The position numbers and the translations under genes were made by a program. Positions 53,405-64,000 of a stretch of DNA of 64,000 bases are shown piece by piece (positions within the stretch are counted from its first letter, which is position 1; every line of letters starts with the position of its first letter). The stretch comes from Tubiluchus corallicola (Eukaryota > Animalia > Priapulida), in contig JAQGDQ010000207.1 in assembly GCA_030141605.1 (NCBI GenBank), forward strand, positions 325,501 through 389,500. The letters run 5' to 3'. The notes beneath the pieces are model-generated. The model saw only the letters and a list, made by a program, of their open reading frames with translations, was not told where the DNA came from and made no database searches.

Positions 53405-56400
53405 ATGGAGAGTGAGATCATTGCTCGTGAATGGTATGGAACCCACCAAGAAAGACTGTACTTCATTGACTACAGTAAAAAATTGGCTGTATCATCTCCA
53501 GTCAACAAGACTTATTCATCACTTGAAGACTTCTTCCGAGTAAGCTAAACTGACTTTTGAAGCACTTATTTTTAGTCTACAAATAGAAACGAAGTCAAGA
53601 AATTTTGTATGCAGAGTATGCAAAGTTTTTCATTTGACAGCATTTGACTGTGGAAACAATCTGTCTGTGCTATTAAACAGCATGTTAATTCCTCGAGGGC
53701 GGCTCTTTCATGTATTAAATGAAGTAAGAGAAAGTGAAGGTATACTGTTAGAGTGTGTAGAATCAATAGTATTGTATTATAGTAAAGTCACTGTAGTTTA
53801 CTAAATAAAGGTAGGAACCAATTAATATCATATTAGTTACAGATTTACTAGTTACATTATGTCTAGTTATTGAAGTTAATGATTTACGAGGGTGCATTTA
53901 AATGAAAATGAGTTCAAAAAACATTGTTTGTGGTGTAGTAGAGAAAAAAGTATATTAGTGTTGATTTTTGCAACATTAGCAATGATTACTGGTCAGATTA
54001 ACTTTATTTGTAAGCATACTTTAAATATATGCACATACACGCTCTCACGTGCACACGCACGCATATACTGCTATGAAATATTTTTATAATGATTATATCA
54101 TATTGCTTATAGATTCCCTATTCGTATTACTTATGGTGCCCTTTGTCTGTGCGTATAATTTACTTTGTAGGTTTACATACATGTATTTGCAGTTTGTATA
54201 TTAATAGGCAGTTTTCTTGCCACAAGGATATCCACACAGTGTTAGTGAAGATTACTTAGCATATCAGATTTGGGACACAATTCAAGCATTTGCAAGCAGC
54301 ATTTCTAACTCATTAGCAACAAAGGCCATACTTACTGGGGTGGGGGTAGGTGACGAAGAAGCAACGGCAGTTGCTGCTACAATTACCTGGTTGCTTAAAG
54401 GTTTGTTCTCTGAAATTTTCATCTCTGTATCTTCTCTTTTACTTGCAAGTGTAATGATAATAACAATAATAATACTCGGATAGATAATTATATTTCCACT
54501 CACATTTTAAAATTTGCAGATGATACAAAATTGTATAATCCTATTAACTCTGTAGCGGATTCATTAGTTTTACAGCATGATATTGAACAACCATGTAGGT
54601 GGAGTAATGATTGGCAAATGTTATTTAATGTTGATAAAAGTGAGGTAATGCATTGCGGTTTTGGGAATCTTAAAAGTGATTATGTTATGAATGGAACAAC
54701 TCTTCAAAGTACAAATAGTAAAAATTTTCCCAGCAATATGTATCCTCTGTTAAGAAAGCAAATAAGATTTTGGGGATGATAAAGTGGCACATCATTTCTA
54801 GAAATAAAGAAATTGTATTGAAATTATGCATTTGTTTGGTTACACCTCATCTAGAATACTGCGTACAGCTTTGGAATCCCCATTATCAGAAAGATATATT
54901 GCTTATGGAAGGTGTACAAAGGCGTGCTACAAGAATAATGTTAGGTTGTAAAAATCTGACATATTTGGAAAGATTAATTGCAGTTTGACCACGCTTGAAT
55001 TAAGAAGACACTTTGGAGATCTCATTAAAGTTTATAAAATATTAACTAGAAAAGAAAGCATTTTGCTCAAAAAATCTTTAGTTTAGTTGTAGATTCGAGA
55101 ACTATAGCACATAATTTAAGATTTTTAAAGAGTGGTCACGTCTTGACATTCGTAAATGTTCATTTTCTGTGAGAGTTGTGAATAAATGGAATAATCTGCC
55201 TGCCATGTTGATTGGCGCACCAGAAAAAAGTTTCCTTAATGCGATTAGTGTAATTTCGTTAGCACTACTGCAACTGTGCCGACACATATATCAGTATATG
55301 TATGAATGTCCATCCACAAAAATGTTTAAATATCAGTACTGGTAATGTAATTTCTGCTTATCTTGGTCATGGAAAATCAATATTTGGTCAGGAAAAAGTC
55401 ATAGAAAAGTCAGGAAAATTTGTTTTAAAATTCTGTGAGTACCCTGTTTTATCAAATAAACCATGAATAGCAGTGCCACAGAAAGAGTGTTATAGTACTT
55501 CAGGTAATAAATTAAGTTGGTTCTGAAATTTTAGAAAAGTGTAAGTTAGGCTGAAAAAAGGTAAAGTCATCGTCATATGCAAGGCTGCTAGGTCTATAAC
55601 ATATTAACAATGCTGGACAAAATATTAATGAAATAGTCTATTTCAGATGGCACAAGTATGGTTGGAAGAATAATGTTTGCTTGGTCCAAAGGGTAAAAAA
55701 ATTTTATTTCAATAAATGCAATTGTCCGCAGTGTTTAATATATAACAATAATTAGTTTGCATTGACTTTGGCCCTTTCACATTATAATTTTTGCTTCTTT
55801 TTTGTAGATGTCATTTGTATTGTGGAACAATAAATGTTGAATTTTCAATTAATAACCATAAATACATAGAAAGTTGTTCATAGTAAATGATGGATGTAAG
55901 CAATGAAAACGTATAAACATTTTCCCAACCAAGGACTAACCAGTCGTATTCTGACATAGTTGTGTATGTGATGGGCGAGTAACAGATTAGTCAAATTAAT
56001 AATAATACCGATTACAGTCATGCATAAATCAATATAATATTCATTTAAAGAGTACTTATTTCAGTTAATTGAGATTAATCAAAAGCAAAATATATGTGAT
56101 ACACACTGACTAAAAGACTGTATTTTAGCACAAATAAACGGAACATTTGTGTTTTGTCTTCGTTTTTCTCACCTTACACATGCGCACAATTCCAAACTGT
56201 GTTGCAAACTGAGGGCTTTAAATTTGTTGGCTTGTGAAATGTGTAGTGACATAATTATAAACTAATAATGAAAAAGCAGTGTATGTCTATAAAAATAGTT
56301 TGCGAGGAAAACTATATACATCAGAAAACAATTTTTTCTAGGTCGTCTTTGGATGCTGACTGCAAGAGATGGAGACTGTTTGCAGATGTTTTACTAGACA

Positions 56401-59400
56401 CTGCCATATGTGTGGATCTGATATCAGCACTCTTACCACGTGAAATTTTTAGATATATTGTGTGCGTGTCAGGTGTGTGTAAGGTATGGAATCATTTTAT
56501 GTTCTGTGTGATAAGCAGCTGCATAACAAAGTTCTAAAGTTAGGGGGACCAAGTACATAAAAAAGCTCCCTTTCCTTCTCTATTAGCTTTGCCACTGGTG
56601 AGAACCTTTGTGGATGAGTGGATTGGCACTTGTGCTGTAATGTGTTCACTCTGTTTAATTCTTAAATCGATCCGGGTTGGGGGGGGGGGGGGTTAATTCG
56701 TAAGTTTTAAGTATTTACCTTGTATGTGGAGGCTGAGATACCTCCACTAGTTCAATACCTCATCTTAAACTCATATCGTTGATAATGAGTCAGATGCCAG
56801 TCATGCCACAAACATCTCCTTGAGTAGAGTTTGCCTTGGAATGCTGGATTATGGCTTGCAGTACACGGGAAGTGCATAAAAATTATGCACTGCACATCTG
56901 TATTGTAATTAAAATGCAACTAACTTGCAATTAATAATTGTTAATTTATTAATGCTAGTTAGTTAACAAAGCAAAGAATTTCATTTTATTTGTTAACCTG
57001 ACTTCTAAATGTGCTTGTACTTTACCAAAATTGTTTAAAGAAAATTCTGCTCAATGCTGTTTTCTTTTTTTTGTCAGGCATTTTTTCACATTGATTGTCA
57101 GTTTGAGCTTTAAATAATTGACAGGTTAAAATGACTTTTGTAGAATGAAGCTACAGCGGCAGCATATATAGATAAAGTTTAGTAAACACGTAAAATTGAA
57201 CAAATCCCAATTGATTTTGATGATGTTGTCTTAGAAAATTCTGAGCCAAAAACTTTACAATTTCATTGTCCAGTGTCAAAACTGGCAGTTTGTTGCCAGA
57301 CATTTTAAGCAATACCGTTGCATGCTCATTGAAAAAAGTGGACATGTTAACATGCAAAAAACTATTTATATATAAACTGGCATATTTCTATGAAGTTCTA
57401 TGGAATGACTAGTTGGCAATAATAACATGTATTTTTTGTATTTTATGCACTTGTGTTAACTGTATGTTTTTAATGTTTTGCAGGCAATAGTTGGAGTTGC
57501 TGGTGGTGCCACCAGGGCAGCGCTAACACAACATCAAGCAAGACGCAACAATATGGCCGACGTTTCTGCCAAAGATGGCAGCCAAGAGACTCTGGTGAAT
57601 TTGGCAGCGCTACTTGTCAGCCTTGTACTGATACCACTAGTTGCTGATAAGCAAATGTAAATTTAAAACAAGTTTATATTTTTTGTCATTTAAAAACTAA
57701 AGTTTTGATTTAGATTTTAAAGTTTAAAAAAGTAAACATTGTAATGGTGCACTCAGTTTCTGAATGACTGACAACGTTTGAAAGAACAAATTTATGGGCA
57801 ATTTTAATGGATTGTTTGTTTATTCTTGAACTTATAGGCTAATATGGACACTGTTCTTTCTATGTGCATGCCTACACATCTACGCTAATTATAAAGCTGT
57901 TACTTCTATCATCATGGAGACTCCAAATCAAGCCAGATTTCATCATGTAGTGACGCTGTATCTGTCATGGGGTGACGTCACATCTGTAAAGGAAGCCAAC
58001 AGGCGTGAATCTGTGACATTTGGTAAATATGGTTGCTTGTACAAAATACTTCAGTAAGCTATTTCTTGACATCTAGAATTATTGTTACTGACAGCCAGTT
58101 TTGATAAGAAAATGAACAGCTTGGCAGCACTTTGAATGTACTGCTAATTTTTCATTTTAAAAACTACATTTTTTGAAAATACGTGATTACGACAGATATG
58201 AATTCCTGTTTTTCATGTGATTTTATGTGTTTGTTGAAATTAAGCACATTTGCACCCCCTGTTTACTGAATGGAGGTAGTGCTGGTGGTAGGAGCAGGAG
58301 CCGGCACTAGGTAGTGTTAGTGGGGCTCTCTACCCTACAAAAACTAAAGATTGATCTTTTATGCTTTGTGTAGTATGCCAGTCCCAGCCAAAAAGTGTTG
58401 AGGGCTTGAGGCTCAACCACTAGCCACAATGACATACTGCTTGTGCATAGGCCTTCTAGGAACAAACTTTTCTGGCTTTTTTATTCGAAAAATCATTCAA
58501 AATCATTTCAAAGTCAATGGTTTTAATAATGTCATTTTTTCTCTATATCACCAAATTATTTAATCTGTCTTGTGAAATTATTGACCATAGTTATGTTTTA
58601 ATCAGTTTATGTTTTAGTCAATTTTGCATTGTGGGTGCTGCAGAACAGTGTAAACACTTTAGACATATTTAATAAACATCACAACTTTTATAAGTTTTAT
58701 GTTATATAACCTCATTAACGGTGATGTTTCTGTGCTGAAGGTTTGAATATCATCTACAAATTAGTAAAATTAAAATCCAATGATGATCTAACTAAGGCAT
58801 ATAAGGCTCGGCAATTAGCTTTTTGTAAATGGCAAAGATAAACTAAAATTACAAAACAAGTAAACAAACGATCAGCAAAAAAACATTGAAATACAAATAT
58901 AAGGACAGACTGAATAGTTTCATTGCCTTCACAGTATTAAGAAACTTCATGCATAAGATGAACTTCATAAGATGAAGATGCATGCACTAGATACTCATTA
59001 ATTTATAGCTCCTCCGCTCGAGCATGTCCACAGAGCACTCGGGGCCTGCATAGGAGAATCAATCGCTCTCTCTATTATTTATGAATACCTCGTGCCCCAA
59101 AAATTTTATTATTCAGTGACTAAAATGTTTTGTTTTTTCCTTTCAGGCTTGAAGAGGCCATTTAAAGTGAAATTAGGTCAGCCTTTATCTGCCGTTGTTT
59201 ATAGGTATTTATACTCACTGTATCTGTAGTTAGTATATCTTCATGCTCATGATTAATGGCCCTGTGTAAGCAAGTTAATAAATGATACTGATTATCTGAT
59301 AAAATGACTAAAAATGTGTATGAATTGTAAAGAATATTGAGTAAAAGTGATTCTTTTTTCAGTATTACACGCACGCATATACCACTATAATAATTTGGAA

Positions 59401-62252
59401 AACAATGCTTTTTTTGTTGTTACATTTCTCATACATATTTAATATTTACTGTTTTGCCCTAAAGCACAAGAAAACACTCTTCGTAAATGATGCTTAAAAA
59501 GTTTGTCTTGATATTTTATATCACTTACACGCTGTCTTATTGGATACAGAACAATTTAAATTCCTGCGATAATTGTTAGGCACAGCCATTTTGACAGTAA
59601 GTTATTTGAAACAAGTTAAGACAGCATTGCATAATGTTTGAAAAAATAATCAACGCATCCATAGTACACTTTTCGCTAACTAAATAAAAACTTTTTATAT
59701 CGTCAATAAGATCAATGTGCTTTATGTATCAGTGGTGCACCCTGGAATATCAGTGGTGCACCCTGGGATATCAGTGGTGCACCCTGGGATGAAAATGCAA
59801 CGATGTTTTACCAGCTGGCATGAATATTTTAGATTATTAAGAATTTTTTTCCATTTACATAAGTCTTTCAAGCAGGCAAGCTTAGTGCTGAATAATATAA
59901 CTTTGTATGAAAAATTTCTTGAAACATGCTTCAAAATTTCTCTTTCTTTTTTGCCTTTAAATGTAAAAATAAATCATCCTGTTTTAAAATTTCTCTGCAG
60001 TACTTGCCTTAATCTCTTAATCTACAACCCACTCTAGAATTAGCTGGTGTGATTAAGAAATTATTCAAATAGACCCTGAGAAGAAATGAAATCAGAACTG
60101 CTTCCTTTTACCCTGTTGTTTGTAGTCATCTGTCTAAAAAAGGTTCTCTAAAAACATAGTTCTGAAGACAGCTTTAATTATAGTACTATTCTATAATAGT
60201 TTGGATTCATTTTAACTTAGTTGGACTAAGTTAGTGACTTACTGTTCTCAAACACAACTGTATTCCGTTCAGCACTATTTCCATATTTTCCAGTCATAGT
60301 GACTTTGTACGATTGAAGAAACTATACGACTACCGAAAATACCTTCTATGGATAGACACCAAGAATAGATGGATCAACATAGTACTTCGAGATGACAGCA
60401 CACATGAGGATTGGTTAGAGGCTTTGTTTCAGGCTGAAGTTGTGTTATTTATATTAGGAAACTTGCGATCTTCAACTGTCCATGCACAAACGTGGAAGCC
60501 AGTACAGCAAGCAATACAAACATTAAGGGAAAATAAAGGTATGGATGCTATGTTTGTTTAACTATTGTATAAGATGAGATGAGATGAGATGAGATGAGAT
60601 GAGATGAGATGAGATGAGATGAGATGAGATGAGATGAGATGAGATGAGATGAGATGAGATGAGATGAGATGAGATGAGATGAGATGAGATGAGATGAGAT
60701 GAGATGAGATGAGATGAGATGAGATGAGATGAGATGAGATGAGATGAGATGAGATGAGATGAGATGAGATGAGATGAGATGAGATGAGATGAGATGAGAT
60801 GAGATGAGATGAGATGAGATGAGATGAGATATGAGATGAGATGAGATGAGATGAGATATGAGATGAGATGAGATGAGATGAGATGAGATGAGATGAGATG
60901 AGATGAGATGAGATGAGATGAGATGAGATATGAGTTGAGATGAGGTGAGATGAGATTTATTCTGCCTTGTGGTAAGGGATTAGCCACATATAGTGACATC
61001 AAATTTAGGGTAGGTAGGTGGCAGGAGACGTGATAACGCTTTTGTAACACAAGGTGGGTAGGTGATTTAGTCATGATATCGTTACCTAACTTCACGCTTT
61101 TTTCACACGTACCAGACGACTCTACAAGGGCGCAGTCCGTTTTGAACTGAGGCTGCCGCCGCTTCCAGCGCCTATGCCAATGCCAGTATAATCCACTGAT
61201 GGCTTCCCTTAATTAACATAAGTGATGTTCTTGCCTGACCTTGGGAGACCGAAGAATATAATGTACAAAAAGCTACATCGGTGTGATATTGATATCAACA
61301 TAAAGTCATAAAGGTTTAGGTAGGTGGTGGTGATATGATAACTTCATTATAATTCGAGGTAGGGAGGTCCTCAAAATCGCCAAAAGCTTGATATAGTTTT
61401 ATGCAGATGGACCGTAATCTTTCATTACAATTTCATTTGCCTCAACATTACCATATACATTACTATCAATAGATGAAACAACAATGTGTACACACGTACA
61501 CAGAAACATAAGTTAACCATAAAATGAGTGAAACGAATCTCTTGTCCATAAGGTCGTTATTAAATTAAATTTACTCCTGTAGCAATAACCTTGGTTGATT
61601 ACCTTATTACAGGGTAACAGAACCTATGTTTAAAATATGAAAACGGGCAACAAACCAAAACTTAAAATTAAATATTTTAGATACATCACAGAGATTAGAG
61701 TGTAGAAAACTAAATTGTCAACTAAGTTTACTCGTGTTTGGTATATGAATAAATGACTTCTACCATTGGTTCCTCATTATTCAGTTCTGGAATTATACTA
61801 TTCTACTTTGAAGTGCTGTGTAATGTAATTTGATATCTCCAAGCAGTAAAGAAACTGCCAGTTTGCATATGCAATATATTATACAGATATAAAACTGAGA
61901 GAAAACACTTATTAAGGGTTTCAAAAATCACAAGCACAGTAGAATTTTAAAAAGGATGCTTATTGATTTGGTTGCTTGGCCAGTTCCATTGTGTTTCTTC
62001 AAGTTTCTCGTTCCAAAACAAATTGTAAGCACAAAAACTGTGCTATTTAACCATCTACAAATAAACTACACATTTTCTAATTTTGACTTGCCTGTTTTAG
62101 GTATGGCTCTAGATGTAGACTATTTAGTTAGAGTCAGTCTGAATTTTGCACACGTCCAGTTTCCAGTTTTTCTTAAAGAGTTTCAATCTAAGGGCTGGTG
62201 GACTCATCAGACTCAACTTGGTGCAGACGAATGGAGAGCAAATTGGTCCTGA
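53405..62252 (+). CDS. RUSF1: RUS family member 1 (C16orf58 / root UVB-sensitive, DUF647), 442 aa
   Basis: Exons 53405-53539, 54208-54400, 55647-55692, 56342-56483, 57484-57656, 57838-58022, 59147-59204, 60294-60538, 62101-62252 (1329 nt in frame). Motifs FLPQGYPHSVSEDYLAYQIWDTIQAF, LDADCKRWRLFAD, GVAGGATRAALTQHQARRNNMADVSAKDGSQET, LGADEWRANW. Confidence 0.93.
54490..55235 (+). mobile_element. CR1 LINE ORF2 fragment (frameshifted)
   Basis: KFADDTKL (RT catalytic motif), WQMLFNVDK, LVTPHLEYCVQLWNPHYQKDI..EGVQRRATR, FSVRVVNKWNNLP. Confidence 0.88.
55236..55446. mobile_element. Inverted half-copy of the 42300-42790 MITE
   Basis: Reverse complement of ~42300-42510, ending GTACCCTG. Confidence 0.7.
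59726..59790. repeat. Three tandem 21-bp units inside the second copy of the 38755-39130 repeat
   Basis: TATCAGTGGTGCACCCTGG(A/G)A repeated three times. Confidence 0.9.
60572..60956. repeat. (GAGAT)n pentanucleotide array, ~75 units
   Basis: Read directly; accounts for the ISSHL pseudo-ORF 60562-61095. Confidence 0.97.
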
Positions 62253-62519
62253 CAACAAATTCTACACAAGTACAAACGTGATGATGATCTTCATAACCAT
62301 AAGTATCAGCTCATTTAGGACTTTTTCAGTGTTGATGGAAGGTTGCTTGTACAATATAAGATCAGTTGTTGATGACTGTGTACCTTAAATTTTTTTAATT
62401 CGATCTGTTCCACTGTATTCAGTATTTAATGCATCTGCATGTCGTATGATCATTTTTTTATACAAACTAAACCTATTAATACTACAGGAAGAAAAAATGC
62501 AGCAAAAATACTTTATTTT

Positions 62520-63110
62520 TTTTTTATTTTAATATGAAAACACCAAGCAACAATACAATATAGTAAACTACATTATGATAACATGGTATACATAGTTACT
62601 TAAATTTCATAATAAAATCTACAGGGCATGATATCTATATAAATTGTTGCTTGCATTATAGTCAGAAGCATTACTTGTGTGACCATAATGCAATTAATAG
62701 TGCTGGGGTTAGGGTGCAAAACAGGGAAGGTAAAAATGATGGAATGACGTGAATCTGAACGTGCGTCATATACTATAGAAACTTAATCTTTAATATGAGT
62801 TTAAGAATGAAGTTTTGGAACTTTTTTGAATCTTGGTAATGACGAAATTGACTTAATATGTGCAGGTATTTTGTTTCACATGGTAGGACCAATAAATGAG
62901 ATGAAATGTTTCGCAACATTAATCCTACACTGGACAACTTGATACTCGTTAAATCTAGTATTGTAATGTTTTTGATAAAGATTAACAGGATTAACAAAAA
63001 AAGATGGTAAAGATTTATAGTGAGTTTTATTCATGAATGTGCTTATATTATATTTAATTAAGTTGTCAATGGTCATTTGTTTGTACAAAATGTCCACTTG
63101 GACAAAGTAA
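62520..63110 (-). mobile_element. L2/Crack-like LINE 3' fragment (frameshifted)
   Basis: Minus-strand ILYKQMTIDNLIKYNISTFMNK...LPSFF...KHYNTR...ISFIGPTM; the same region type as 52402-52827. Confidence 0.6.
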
Positions 63111-63607
63111 CCTATTATTCATAGCATCAAATCTGATTAGGTGCCTGTAATTACGATTATAATTTATGAAAAAATTATAGTGTACAGCTTTCCCACAGTA
63201 AATGTCACGAATGGTTAAAAATGCTCCAAATGCATTTCTGTAAATGTAAAAATTGTTATGTAACATTTGAACTGGTTGTTACCTGTTAATTTGAAGAATA
63301 AACATTACTATTATAACTATTACTGGTGAAGTTAAACATATTTATCATAAGTTGCAGCATTGCTCTCATTTGTATCTGCAAGTTAGCTGTGCACACTTGC
63401 TTCAGTTTTTGTTATAAAATTTCTTACTAAATGCTCAACTAAGCTTTGTTTTAATTTGACATTCATTGACATTTCAGTATCACAATATTTCTACGTCACT
63501 GTTTCTTCTGAATCACCCTGTATATTTAGCTTGGCGTGCTCTGTAGAAAAATATGCACTCAACTCCGCTTGGCTCATGTCTATCAGGGACCAAGGAAATT
63601 GTTACAC

Positions 63608-63690
63608 ATTAAGAGAAAATACTTGCAATACTTATTGTTTAAGAGAAAATACTTGCAATACTTATTGTTTAAGAGAAAATACTTCAATTA
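63608..63690. repeat. 30-bp tandem repeat (~2.6 copies)
   Basis: TTAAGAGAAAATACTTGCAATACTTATTGT repeated. Confidence 0.9.
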
Positions 63691-64000
63691 CTGATTATGT
63701 GTATCAAATTAATTTGTAATAACTTGAGTTTTCGGTCATTGGATAGCGTGAACATTCCACTTTGATTTTACATGAATCTTTGACCTTCTGGCAGAAATGC
63801 TTCAACAATTTTCTCATTTTGCCATAATTTGAATATGTTAAACTATCTGATGCAAACAACAATAAGAGGTTTAAAATACCTGATGCTCCGTTGTATAGCA
63901 TGTGATAAAAATGATTCATCATTTCTTAAGATGCTCATCATCAGCGTGTATGTCGGGTTAAAAGATTTTGCTGTTTAATATAAGATCCTTTTCGTTTATA

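Noticed and set aside
60562-61095. 177-aa ORF of ISSHL repeats
   Set aside because: It is the translation of the (GAGAT)n microsatellite.
63608-63690. 30-bp and 21-bp (59726-59790) direct repeats as CRISPR-like arrays
   Set aside because: They are head-to-tail with no unique spacers, in a eukaryotic context, and there are no cas genes.

Overview
AT-rich, intron-rich invertebrate animal genomic DNA. I assembled six protein-coding genes by hand from splice sites and reading-frame phase. (1) The 3' part of a kelch-repeat gene (+, 2730-8408), which includes a GC-AG intron. (2) A 14-coding-exon SLC6 transporter resembling inebriated (-, 36742-10849, ~986 aa), with remodelled ion, substrate and gate residues and long cytoplasmic tails. 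(3) An intronless orphan class A GPCR (+, 21309-22361) nested antisense in the largest coding-region intron of that transporter. (4) An orphan 358-aa disordered protein (+, 40162-44520), head-to-head with the transporter, with an MGCxxS acylation motif, a PxIxIT-like motif and a polybasic tail. (5) ZNHIT3 (-). (6) RUSF1/C16orf58 (+), divergent from ZNHIT3. Introns carry LINE fragments (CR1, L2/Crack, RTE), Tigger-like and hAT-like MITEs, a tRNA-derived SINE, microsatellites, and Penelope-type minimal hammerhead-ribozyme motifs. One hammerhead family shows a G3-C8 swap of the catalytic-core base pair. Family assignments rest on recalled motifs; no searches were run.
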